A stretch of DNA of 64,000 bases from the human T2T-CHM13v2.0 reference genome, Homo sapiens. The stretch lies in NCBI RefSeq assembly GCF_009914755.1, contig NC_060926.1. One strand, given 5' to 3'. Below the pieces are notes generated by a model, which was given only the letters and a program-made list of their open reading frames with translations, was not told the DNA's origin and made no database searches. Shown in pieces: positions 15,704-30,722 of the stretch (position 1 is the stretch's first letter; each line of letters opens with the position of its first letter). A program made the translations under genes and the position numbers.

Positions 15704-16974
15704 TAATCTTTCTTTGGGCACAAAGAAGTACTGTAAATAAATGCTTGTAAATATTTCCTCCATCACCATTGAACTAGACTGATCTGCTTGACAGACGTGG
15801 GATCTCAGTATGGTACTTGGACAGCAGGAATGATACATATAATCTGAACTTGGGAAATTTTGGACCTACTAACTCTAAGCCTATTTTATTTTTTATAAAA
15901 CTATGTGACATTTTGGTTGAGCAGAATGTACGTTAGACCAGCAAAATGTTCCTAATGGTTCTAACTTCGTGAGTTTACAATGTTGTGATTCATGCAGGGT
16001 TAAAGATGCTTTGTTTTTATTTTTTAAGTACCAAAATTGGTTTCAGAACACTGATAACACTCAGAAAACCACAGTGTGTTTTCATATTTGGAACTTTGTA
16101 ATAGCGGGAGTAGCAGTAGTCCAAACCTAGTATAGGGAAAGGATAAAAATAAGTCACCTTCACCAAGAGATGCCAATGATTACCAAACAACAGACAGTTG
16201 CCAAATACTGGTTTCTCTTTCCCCTGAAAATGGCTTTTGTTCTCAAATGATAAGAGAGCTAATACATTTAGCTAATATTCTAGCTCTCTTTATTATGGAA
16301 CAGATCTTGATAGATGGTTTAATTTTCTCCTAAAGAGAAATAATCAGTTGAGAATTTGAGAATGGGTTGTAATTATCGCTCACCCATTGGGATGGTTCAT
16401 TGTTTAAATATGGCATTTTCCCCCCTTCAGCTGCAGGTTCCTGAGATTTGGTGCCTGTGAGCTCTGATTGTAGGAATGCATGTGACAGTCCCAGTCCTAT
16501 GGTAATGACTTAGGAGGAATGCAGATAAAAGTACCTTGTAAGATAAATATAAATTGGAGTTAGGAATTTCATGAACCTCACTATGACCAAAATTAATTTT
16601 TTGATTCAGTTTGTCTGTCTGTCTGTCCTTCCCCTCTCTTCTTTTTTCAGGGTGAGGTGCTGTGTTTCTTATTTCATACGAGATAAAACAGAGAGAAGTT
16701 CTCTCTTCTCCAGCTTGTCCATTTCCCCACTTGAAGAAAACTTTTGATATATATGCCTTACTGAGTACATGCCCCCTTTAATGTTAATATGACTTGGAGT
16801 AATTTCTGAGGTTTACTGACAAACATAAAAATCCCTTTAATTGTAGTGTAGTTGTTCTATAAACCATATTTTTTCATGATGTGGATATTTTCTTCTATTT
16901 CTTTGTCTTCATTTAATTTGGTGGTGGTGAACTTTACTTGCTGATTTTCTTTTATTTTTCACTGAATGAAGTTT

Positions 16975-17043
16975 GTGCTTGAATGAAGAGTGTATCTTAA
17001 ACCCCCTTTTTTTGGACAGGCTGCACTTGGATAAAATAGGCAC
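16975..17043 (+). promoter_or_regulatory. SELENOI: SECIS element of SELENOI (eukaryotic, form-2-like)
   Basis: Helix I GTGCTTG(16975-81)/TAGGCAC(17037-43). Core ATGAA(16983-87)/GGAT(17029-32). 11-bp helix II GAGTGTATCTT(16988-98)/AGGCTGCACTT(17018-28) with one mismatch. Apical AAA at 16999-17001. Confidence 0.93.
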
Positions 17044-18866
17044 CACTGTGTTGATATGTAGTTAAATTCATAACTATTTATGAATGTGACCATTGTTAAA
17101 TTTAATTATAGTGTATTTCTTTCTTGAATTTCAGTCTGCTGCTTTGTAAAAAATAACTGTAATTGATATTTCATTTTTAAAATTTATAAATTCCAATCAT
17201 TGTCATTCAAGTTATTAGAAATGAGTCACGGCACTAACTCATGGTTCTATACTCATTTTAAGAAATTGTAAAGGTTGAGGTGTATTTGGTGACTTTCTCT
17301 GAGACACAGATGAACGTTGGAAATAGATGAGAAATGGATGCAGAATAATGCAGATAGTGATCCCATGTTTGTTAATTGCCATCATGGAAGTCAGAGAATT
17401 AACCAATTAAGTGACGGTAACTATTTTTTGTATACCTTGTTCTTTGTGATCTATAAAATTAAACTGGATAAAATGTTAATTGGGGGTAGGGAAAAAGCTT
17501 TGTTTTAAGATTTCTAAGCTAATTATTTTACCGTTTTGTTGACCTTGTACACAAGAATGAGATTAATCTGTATTATATAAGAAAAGAACTGATAAATATT
17601 TATAAAATGACAAACTTGGACCACAGGCTTTCTTGACCTTGTACAGTATAGTAAAAATACCCTTTACTTCTGACATTAAGGTCACGTCCTATAGTTTGGG
17701 GGCTCTTTTACTTCAAAGGTGTGTTTCTGCCCTCTTTTGGTTGTATCAAATTTATTTGAAAATTGTTTTGTGCTGTACTTTATGACTTGTTTCCCTATGG
17801 TGGTAAAGAATGATGCCATAGTCAGTTTTATTGACATTGTTAGATGAAAGAAAAGTAGCTGTCAACAAGGGGAAAGTGAAATTGAGCAATTCACTGTTTC
17901 AGGATACTTGAGGATCTTTAGTGTACTGCTGACTCTTTTTCTTGTTTTGTCTGCCATTCTTGAAAGTGCATCTTGAGAGCCCCCATTTGTTGTGTAGAGA
18001 TATAGCAGCTGAAGCAGGACTTCATTCCAGATAGCTGTGTGCATTTATGTCATGCCAATTACTATAACATTTCCAAAGTATGAAAGGTCTTTCAGGCTTA
18101 TGCATGATATTGTGGGTGACTTCATGCCCCAGCCTTTCTCCCCAGCATACAGTGAGCTGCCTTTTGGGGAGCAATGCCATGATAAGGAGCATACGTGCAT
18201 GTTTTCCGTACTTTCAGAATAGAGTGCCTTAGCTAGGCCAGAGGCTCGTATTGTGTTTCTGCTGACCAAAGTTGCATACACCTGTAAGAAGTGTCTTTTT
18301 AGGTTATGGTATTAAAAAAAGTCGTTTCAGGCTTATCAGATAATAATTCTCCTATATTTGAGGGGGGCATGGGATAAAAAGATTTAATAATACCTGGATA
18401 GAGAATGCTAATGCTGCCTTTTGTGATCCTTTAATATTATCCATGCTTTTATAAAGTGCAGTACACATTTTGACATTGCCACAGTTTACAGTGTCATTCT
18501 TCCACGAATAGGTAATTGATAGAGTTTATGGGTCTTAGTCTTAAGGGTAACAGAGTGAATACCTTCCAAATAAAAAGCTAAATATTCCTCCTTGTCATTT
18601 TAATGTCATTATTGAAATACTTTTAATTCTAATTTTCAAAAGAAAGCTAAATGCTGATTGTGGTTTAGGATGTTACAGTACTAATACCATCATGTTATTT
18701 ATTCTAATATAGAGGCATTGAGAGGAGGGGAGTGTATGTCTAGAGTTACCCCAATTCTAAATAGGTACCAAAAGAGTATTGATTATGACCTGGAGCCTGA
18801 GCTTTGGGAGAATATACAAAGGAAAAAGCAGGCATAGTTTCCACTTTAAAGGGAAGAAGGGACTTT

Positions 18867-18902
18867 AACATCCTATGAATTTGAAACATCCTATGAATTT
18901 GA
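18867..18902 (+). repeat. Perfect 18-bp tandem duplication AACATCCTATGAATTTGA x2
   Basis: Read directly from the sequence. Confidence 0.95.
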
Positions 18903-20711
18903 AAGTTTCCTAAGTGTTGTTTTCAAAGAACTGGTTTATTTTATAGTCAGTCAAAATGCATTTGGAATGTACCTTGCTTCCATAACAGACTTTGACTCTA
19001 TGACCTATGAAGAATAAAAAGATAATCTGAAGGTGTTTGAGTCAGAGGCTACTTTTCCCCTTTATATTTTATATAGAAGCCTATTTGTAATTCTTCCTCT
19101 TCGTTCTTCACCTGGGTTTCCTCTTATCTACCCACCACCTAGGACAGAGGCTGCCCACTCAGGTCTTGCCTTGTTGCCCCTAGATGTTGCCACATTCACA
19201 TCTCCTTGATGGCCTTAGATCTCTTGACTAGTCAAGGACTGGGAACGTGCCAGGGGGAACAAAGTAAGCTTGATGGGCTGGAACTTTTGACTTTGGGTCC
19301 CCAAACAGCCAAAAACAGATACAGAAATCTTTGGTTGTGTGGATGCCTGTGTTCAGAGTGGCCTTATCTTGACCTCAGTTCTGGATTTAAGTACTCTATA
19401 GAAAATTTGTGAAGTCAGACCAGAATTTTCTTTGTCCCATGAGGTGTCTTTGTAAGTCAGCATGCTCTTGCTTGAACACCCTGTGGGTGAATAACTTTAG
19501 TAAGTTAGCTGCCAGCATTAGAACCTTCCAGGAAGAATTTTAACTAGTATGCTACATTTGAAGCACTCTGACATGTACATTTAAAGTGACAGTTTTAAAA
19601 GTAAAATGGTGTTAAATCTCTGAAACTTGAACGTATGATGCTCTGGACATTTTAGGAAGCTTAAGTAAATTTCTGATTTTCCTTTATTGATTATGTAACC
19701 CACGTGATTTGCATATTTTAGTTTTTATGTTTGACAGTGGTACAAATGACTGACATTGGCAGGCAGTTATTGTAGGGTATATGGTTAATCACGATTGTCT
19801 AACTTTTCCAGAGAAAGTGGTGATATGCTTCTTCCTTGCATGGAGCTGTGGGAATTGGATTTGTTGGCTCTTCATTTCCAGTGTTTCTACAGTGCAGAAT
19901 AAATGTAACTTTTTAAGCCTGCATGCTAGTAATATGCTTTGCTCTTTAGTAAACAAATATGCAATAGATAGTAATCTATCTACTTTTTTTAAAGCAGGGA
20001 TCTGCTCCCTATCTAGACAGATCTTTTAATGCATTAATATTTAGAGTAGCAAAAGAAGTTTTGCCATTTGTAGCTCTCTCACAGGTAGCTTAAGCGAGGG
20101 GGTTGTGTTGCATGTGCTTAGAAAGGCCAGGTTCCCAGAATTGGAAGGTGCCACATATACTTTTAGAATATTTTAACAAAGGCTTGTCTCTAGGAAAATC
20201 CACTTGGACTGCAGCAGGATTGTTCTGGTCTTCCACAGACCATTCACATGGTCTTTCTCTCCAGAGAATCATTCTTAGAAAGCCAGGCTAAATCAGAGTA
20301 GTGCTGTTTTTAAAGCAAGTATATTGGATGATGGCTATAGGGTACCTTAATGCTGTGTTGAAATTGGAAGCAGACTGCTCTTCAGCAGCACATATACTGC
20401 AACTGAAGTTAGAGACAGTACTGAAGACGAGGGAGTAGCTAAATGCTGTGGATATTTCATGTCTGTTTGGCTAATGTCTTCTCTTGAGGAGTTTCTATGG
20501 GTAGCAATTAAAATTAGAATTTATTTTAAGGTTTTTATTAAAATATATACAATTTGCCATAAATTCTAGATTCTGATATTCTTGACAAGCACTTTTTGAA
20601 TATCTCAAGAGTAAGTTCTTGACCTGGAACATATATAGTTAGTACTTGATGTCACTAACCAAGTTGTAGAAGGAGCCTGTTATAATTCTGCAAGATCTGT
20701 GAATAGCATTA

Positions 20712-21059
<348 letters not shown>

Positions 21060-22448
21060 TTAATAACTACAAATTGAGACTGCTCACAATATTAACTTTT
21101 TTTGTAGGTTATTTTGTTGTTTAGATAACTTGCCTCCCTAGAGGAGCATTCAGGAGATAAAGACCTAGCTACATGTAATGATATGATCATTTCAAAAATG
21201 TGCCAAGAAAGCAAAATTCATTATTGAACTCTAAATTTCTGGGTGTTTTTTTTTTTAAAGTAGCATTTTCTCTGGGTAAAGGGAAAGGCAATGAATGATT
21301 GCCAACATGTAAACTCCCTGCTGCCCGCCTTCCCCCAGTCCCCTCCATCTAACATAATACAGTAAATTTGTAGCCAGTTGTAGAAAAAGAAATTGATATC
21401 TTTCTGAGTAAGGTTTCATGCCCTGTGACTAAGAATAGGTGGAGGAATCATGGCCAAATCAAATATGAATTGTTTAGCTTGGTCCTGTTGCAGTTGGCTT
21501 TCTGTAGTGTTCTGAAACAAGAGGACGATTCCATTCCTTCTCAGGAACCTAGAAACAACACCGCTTGAGCAACTGGAATATGTTTGCTGCAAGCAGAATA
21601 TTTTGGGGAGAGGAAGAGTAGTTTAATTCAAGTAGTTTAATTGAACATATTAGTCATTGGTCTGTCTGGGACGTGCAGTGTTCATAGTAGCAATGTATGT
21701 ACCATTTATTTTATCTGGTTGTGTGTGATGTGTGTGTATGCCTATTTAATATGTACACATATATTCACTACATATGTATGTATGATATATTCATATATAC
21801 ATGCAGTCTGCTTGATTATCAGCAAAATGGTCAGCCTTTATCAGATAGTTTCTTCATGTGGAGTTCATCTGCATGTGGCCCTTACTCTGAAGCCTCTTCC
21901 TGATCTGGAGCCACAGTCTGTCTGTCTTCCAGTTCATCTCAGTCCTCGAGAAAGGCCCTTTAAATATGTCACTTTCCCATTTTCCTTTAACCATGGGTTG
22001 TGTGAGCCAGAAAGAGCTTTGAGAAAGATGGCTGCTTCCACCAGGGTGGAGGCTTCTAGGTCTGCATGATGATGGGGCCCGTTTCTGGCCAGAGGGTGGC
22101 TCTGGGAGCAGTTGTGCTGCGGGCTTGCTGGGGGAGAACTCTAACTGTTGCAGAAACAGAGCTTCATGGCTTGCTTAAATTACTTAGCTGGAATATTTTA
22201 AAGTGTCAGATAATGTGATGTACAAAGAGAGTATGCCGATGCATTTCATTGTTTTTGCATTATCTGTATCAGTGTTTCCCATTGCTAGCCCGAATAATCA
22301 AGACCAGACTGTTTCTTGTCACTGGATTCTGGAAGCCTTGCCCTTTCAACTGGATTTATGTTTGTTTCTGCTGCTGTGAAACCCCAAAGTAATGCAGTAG
22401 GTTTTAATTGAAAATTGTTTAATTCTATTATTGATAATTATTTATTGT

Positions 22449-22454
22449 AATAAA
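22449..22454 (+). terminator. Distal poly(A) signal of SELENOI
   Basis: AATAAA in an AU-rich context followed by a U/GU-rich tract (ttgttttcagattgtcttctttgttt). Confidence 0.75.
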
Positions 22455-23034
22455 AGTAAAAGAGTAATTTTTAAATCCTTTTAATTGTTTTCAGATTGTC
22501 TTCTTTGTTTTCCTTGGTAAGTGCAAAAGGGGAGGGAGCTATGGGGAGAAAACTAATGTCCAGCCACTTGTCTCAGAGAATCATTGATTATTTTAAAGCA
22601 AAACACTGAAAAGGTTTTGTTCTGTTTTTAGAGAGATCAGCCGCTTGCTCCTGGGCGTTCTGTGATCCTGTGACTTGTTTCAAAAGGCAGAATACGAGGC
22701 AGGTGGCAGTAACAGCTTTTCATAGTATACTGCTCCTGACTCGCCCAGAACTGGGTGGTGGCAGTCTCTATAGTCTAATAATGACTGGGTCACGCCTAAG
22801 TTAGTTTGTAAGGTGGTTTCTTCCTCAGAAGCATTTTCCCATAGAAAGAGTGTTAACATATTGTATTAATTTTCCAGACGAATCCCATAAAAACCTGTTA
22901 GACCATACTTAGTACGTCTAGATTATAGTATAGAAACTATAACTCCCATTACATGACATTGCTTCTGAGGAGAATATTTCCCATTTTTACATCGATCTCC
23001 CAGCTCTGGCAGTAGGCATTTAAAAAAAATTGCA

Positions 23035-23419
<385 letters not shown>

Positions 23420-24633
23420 TTAACCCCTTTCCCTCCCACGCTCTTGGTTGCGGTAGCAGTTATTCCCTCCCTTCTATCTGCAAACCTCAAACACCTCCCG
23501 AGTGCCTGATGACACATACCAGGTAGATACTACGTAACCACTCTTGGGGCTACCAAAACTTAAAAAAAAACCCTATGCCCCCAAAGGGTCTTGCTTCTCT
23601 TCCCACTCTCATCTTTTTTCCTCTGTTCACAAATTTCCTGAAAGAAAACTTTACAACTGCTCCTTCAATTTTCTTCTTCTTTTCATTCTGAGAGTTTTCT
23701 TAAAACCTCCCAAAGTTTTCATACAATGGCTGTTTCTTAGTCATGTTCAACTCTGCAAACTTTGAAGAAAGAGCTTTTTACTTTTTTCTAAGCCTTAGTT
23801 TCCTCATCTATAAAATGGGATCAATATTACCACTATTACACCATGTGAAGGATTGAATGAGGATAATGCATGCAGGGTGTTTAGCACAGTCAGTGGACTA
23901 AGGTAGGTGCTTGGTTTCTACTAATATCTAGTTCTCTGTCTTTTTTCTTTGAACTTTTTTTCTAAACCATGTGACACAGCTCATGACTTCCATGCCTCCT
24001 CCCCTCTCTTTCCTCCTTCATGCCTTTTGAGGCAGTATATGAAGATGATGGTAAGGCAGTTCCCCAAATTAAAAATTGGTAAGATTGCCTTCTCAGAATC
24101 TAATTAGTAAAATTCACACAAATCGAAAGATAGAAATAACCTAAGAAGTTGTCTAAATGATGAATTTGTCAGCATCCTCACATTCCAATTAAGGTGAGTT
24201 AGTGTAAACTTATTGGATGTAGAATTAAGTGTGACTAGACTTAGTAAGATATAAAATCAAATCTGTTCATCCTTCTTGTTTTGAAAAAAGGCTATAAAAG
24301 CTGAAGGTGGATGCCCACATACCTTCCTTAGCAAGGGAAGCCCATATAGCCAGATTCCTCAAAAACCTACTCAGGGATGAGGAACTCGACTGTGCTTGTG
24401 GCAGATTATCCCCATTGTGAGCCTCTGAACCATGGCAGTCAGTCCTACATATCAAGGGACTTCCCAGTCAGAGTTTGATCCTCTTTGTGACCAGCACATC
24501 TCTGTGGGCTGATCTACACGAAAGGCACGAAAATGCACACTGCCCTGTGTGATGGTTGTACTTGCTTGCTAAAAGAAATTCTATGTTTTTCTTTTGTGAG
24601 CTTGTTAGTATGAGCCAGCCAGGCTTTTGTATG

Positions 24634-24636
<3 letters not shown>

Positions 24637-24677
<41 letters not shown>

Positions 24678-24948
24678 TGAGATGGAGTCTTGCTGTGTCA
24701 CCCAGGCTAGAGCGCAATCTCTGCTCACTGCAACCTCTGCCTCCCGGGTTCAAGCGATTCTCCTGCCTCAGCCTCCTGAGTAGCTGGAGTTACAGGCATG
24801 CACCACCACACCCAGCTAATTTTTGTGTTTTTAGTAGAGATGGGGTTTCACCATGTTGGTCAGGCTGGTCTCGAACTTGACCTCGTGATCCACCCACCTT
24901 GGCCTCCCAAAGTGCTGGGATTATAGACATGAGCCACCGTGCCCGGCC
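24637..24948 (-). mobile_element. Alu with ~40-nt poly(T) tail, TSD TGTATGAGCTT
   Basis: TSD at ~24628 and ~24949. Confidence 0.93.
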
Positions 24949-25986
24949 TGTATGAGCTTATTAGTATGAACCAGCATTGCCTACCAGTTGAGGACCACAC
25001 TCTAGATGCTGGTCAGTCATCAAGGTGAATGGACATCACCTGCCTCCCTTCCCCAAGTCCCTCTCATCTATAACAGCCCTACTTGCCTGCCTCACTCTCT
25101 TGGGGGTCTCCTGTTATTTCTCTTACAAAAACATGAATAAATAAGCTTTATGTTTTATTGAGTCAAAAGGGATTTATCCTCATTGTAAACATTTTTTTTT
25201 AATCTTCAGGGAATCTGAAAATCACCCATAAGCCCACCCCTGAGGGATATTGACTACTTTGTGGTATTCCCCCTGTTTTTCTTGTGTACTACTGTCTACA
25301 TTTCAAATCAAACTCGGCTTAGGCTCTATATTGTGCTGCCTGCCTCTTCCCTTTCTCATGTAATGTATCTTGGATGTCTTTCTAGGTCACCTTTATTCTT
25401 GTGTTAGAGAATCCCATGATTCTTTTATCGGTTCCCCTATTGATGGATTTTGTCATATCTAGTTTTTTAATATTACAAGTAACTGGAATGGACATACAGA
25501 TACATCTATATACGTTTCTTTCAAAAAAAGTTTGTTGAGCACTTACTACATATCAAATATTGTGCTAGGTGCTATGTATAAAATACCGAATAAAACTGAT
25601 ATAGTTGTGACCCCAATGAGCTATAGCTAGATCCATGATCTCCTTGTGATGATCTTTAAACTAGAATTGCCTAGTGAATGGATATGCTAATTTATTTTTG
25701 TGTGTATACAAATAAATATGTTTTTATCTAGTTTTTTCAGTTTTTAACAATTTTCTAAATTTAACTCACTTATGAACTATTTACAAAGGCATGGAAAATT
25801 AAGCATGCATTTTCCCATTTATATTTAATCATAATTCATTACATGTCTTCTGACTTTCTTGTTTAGTGGTTTTTCTTTGTCTCTTTGTTTCATTCCTTTG
25901 ACCTCTACAACCACAGTTGTCTGCCCCATGAAAATATTTCTTCCTCTCTCTGTCCTTTGTTCAGTTTAAAAAATTTTTAGTATTTA

Positions 25987-26316
<330 letters not shown>

Positions 26317-27573
26317 TTATATATGTTTATGGGGTACATAGTAATATTTCAATCCATATAATGTATAGTGATCAGGTCTGGTAATTAGCATGCCTATCAG
26401 CTCAAACATTTGTCATTTCTTTGTGTTGGGAATGCTCAATATCCTCGTTGCTATTTGAAACTATGTTATTGACTATAGTCACCCTCCAGTGGTGCAGAAC
26501 ACTAGAACCTGTCATTTTGTATCCTTTAACAAATCTCTCCCTATTCCACCCTTTACCCTAGTATGCCAATTTAAACAGTTAATAGATTTTGGCAAACTGT
26601 CCTCCTAGGAGGTCCCTTTCCAGCGGTGAGTGAAAGTGTTTCCCACACCAGTGAAAAAGGTTTATTACATAATTGAGGCTGCCTGTGGGAGCAAAGAGGG
26701 CCTCCCAGCTGGTCAGAAAATGGCTAGAAGAGCCAGGAAAGGAGACAAGCTTGGGGCTTTTATTGTGGTTAAGGGGTGAGGCTGGGAGGAGGGTATCCTG
26801 TGCACGCAGATGAAATCTGCCAGCACCAAAAAGAGCACCTAGGCTTTTTTTAACAGCTTGCCCAGATGTGGAGAAGAAAGAGGGAGTGCTGCTTAAAAGC
26901 TGCCAGCAGCCAAATGTCAGCAGCAAAAAATGGAGTCAGATTTCTTATATAAAAAGATGTTGGAAGTGGTATCAGAACAGTGCAGGGCCAAGTATCTCAC
27001 TGGTCACTCTTCATGGGTTTGTATGGTACCTTTGCTCTCACTTACCTCTTGTGCAACAGCTGATTCCCCCTGACTTTCTCATGGTATCCCACTCCCAGGC
27101 ATAGACATGCGCATGCACACATGCTTGTTTCTGTCCTTACGGATAGTGGAAACATGAACCAGGACCTGGACGAGTTTTTGGTCAGAGCTGTATCATGGCT
27201 CCTAGGAGAGTTTAATACTTTAGGTTTCAACCAAAGGAGACAGAGATCTGGCAGAAGGCCCTGAAGCCTAGAAGCAAGTACCCCCGCTCCTACCACCACC
27301 ACCTAGGCAGGTGTGAGACAAGGATCCAGGCAGCTGCTGTTAGACTCTATAGCTGTTGGATGGTTTTGGCATTCCTAAACCTCTCTACTGCTTGCAAACG
27401 TGGAAGAACTGATTTTAAAAACCCACTCCATTTGCCTCTGGGCAGTTCTTACTCACAAAGGACGGGTCGTCTTGGCCGCACAGTTGTCTGTGGGTTGCAT
27501 CATTTAACAGCTGAGAAAATGCTCCTCAAGAAGTTGTGACTTGCCCAAGGTGGCAGGGCAGGGCTAGGACTAG

Positions 27574-28020
<447 letters not shown>

Positions 28021-28501
28021 TAGCGCCTTTCTGGGGACAGTTGAGAATTTAATAGTGCTTCCGCATTTCTAACTTTTATCCCTCCCCCCTCCCACGGACT
28101 GTTTTCCTCTATTCCACTTTTCCTCTTTCATAAGTATTTGATTGCAGGTTGGTATCCTGTATCCAAGCACAGCGCTTGGCATCGAGTAGGCGCTCAATTT
28201 TATTTGGTGAATATGAGTTGGAGGAATATTTGATGAATGAATGGAAGATGAATTAATCATCAGGGTCAGCAAGTGATGAACCACAACTTGGTCCAGTTCT
28301 TTAGTCCTCTAGTCTCCTGGTGAGACTCCACAGCTCCGCTAACACGACCGGGCCTTCGTGGGCCTGACAACAGACCTGACATCCCACGGGCGGGAGAGGC
28401 GTCAGCCCGAGGCTGGGATGCTCGGCCGGAACGGCGGCTGGCGGCAGGCTGGGCCCAGGGAGCTGCGCGCGCAACCACTCGGGCTGTGGCTCCGGTGACC
28501 G

Positions 28502-28532
28502 CTCTCCCTGGCAACGGTTTGTTCCTAGCAAC
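28502..28532 (+). promoter_or_regulatory. Tandem RFX X-box-like motifs (CTCTCCCTGGCAAC and GTTCCTAGCAAC)
   Basis: Two matches to the RFX half-site RGCAAC 60-90 bp upstream of the ATG, typical of motile-cilia gene promoters. Confidence 0.75.
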
Positions 28533-28572
28533 CAGCCTGAGGTCTGGAGGTGGTGCGGAGGGAGCCGCCTAG

Positions 28573-28746
<174 letters not shown>

Positions 28747-28868
28747 TGAGCGCGGGGGCGGGCGGGGCGGGATCCGCGCCGCAGGAGCCGGAGAAGGGCT
28801 GGTTTCCTGATGAAATAGAAACATTTCTTCGGGAAGGTTCAGGCAGAGTATGGGAAAGTAAAACGCTG

Positions 28869-29030
28869 GGCCGGTGCCGTGGCGCGCGCCTGTCATCCCA
28901 GCACTTAGGGAGGCCGAGGCGGGCCGATCACTGGAGCCCAGGAGTTGGAGATGGTCAACCTGGGCAGCATAGAGAGACCCCATCTCTATAAAACATCAAA
29001 CAATTAATCGGGCGTGGTGGCGTTCGACTG
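28869..29030 (+). mobile_element. Partial Alu (left arm) at the CpG-island edge
   Basis: Alu left-arm consensus, CpG-rich. Confidence 0.82.
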
Positions 29031-30109
29031 TGGTCTGCACATGGCATCTTTTCCACTACGGACACCTCCAAACCACAGGGTCTGCTGGATCATGTGGCCC
29101 AAGTAGCCTGGCTGCTTACACTGTGGCCTGGGTCCTTTCTTGTTCCAGGCACCACTCAAAGCTGGCAGCTTTTTGTGTCAGCCTGAATAATATTCCTAAG
29201 TGCGGGATGTATTGTCTCTAGGACCCAAAGTGGCCTAAGAGGCATTGAGTTTCCTTCTCTGTAGAGGATGCAAAATGCAGTAGATTTGTTTTTTACTTGA
29301 TAGGCTATCCCAGCATCCCACTGACCACTGGACCCCTACAAACTTGAATGACATGGCAGTCCCTGGGCCTTCATAGGGTTGATTGCCCACCGTCTGGAGC
29401 ACACATGTCTTACCAAGCCCTGCAGTGTGTTTCCATCACTCGCTCACCCTGGCTGATTGCTGCGGGGCCATCAGTGGAATGCAGGGGCCGGCAAACCCTT
29501 TCAGTAAAGGGCCAAATAGTAAATATTTTAGGCTTTTCGGATCATATGGCCTCTTTCCTAGCTGCTCAATTGCCATTGTATTGCAAAAGCAGCCACAGGC
29601 AAGACATAAACAAATGGGCATGACTGTGTTCCAATAAAGCTTTATTTATGGACACTGAAATTTGAATTTCATATACTGTTCATGTATCACAAAATAGCCT
29701 TCTTTTGATAAAAAATAATAATAAACTTTATTTTTTAGAGCAGTTTTTAGGACCACAGCAAAACTGATCAAAAAGTATAGCATTCGCATATACTCCCTGC
29801 CCCCACACATGCACAGCTACTGTCAACATCCTGCACTGGAGGGCACATTTGTAACAATATATGAACCTTGGCGCATCGTTATCACTTGAACTCCATTGTT
29901 TACCTTAGGGTTTCTTTTTGGTGTTGTACATCCTATGGGTTTGGATAAATTTATGGTGACACGAGCCCACCAGTATAGTATTATACCAAATATTTTTACT
30001 GCCCTAAAAATCCCCTGTGCTCTGCTTATTCATCCTAGTCTTTTTTTAACCATTTATTTATTAACCATTTAGAATTGTAAAAATCATTTAAAATTGTAAA
30101 AACCATTTA

Positions 30110-30722
<613 letters not shown>

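Noticed and set aside
21641-22069. 142-aa ORF in the SELENOI 3'UTR
   Set aside because: Starts at TTG, runs through low-complexity TA/TG sequence and has no recognisable domain.
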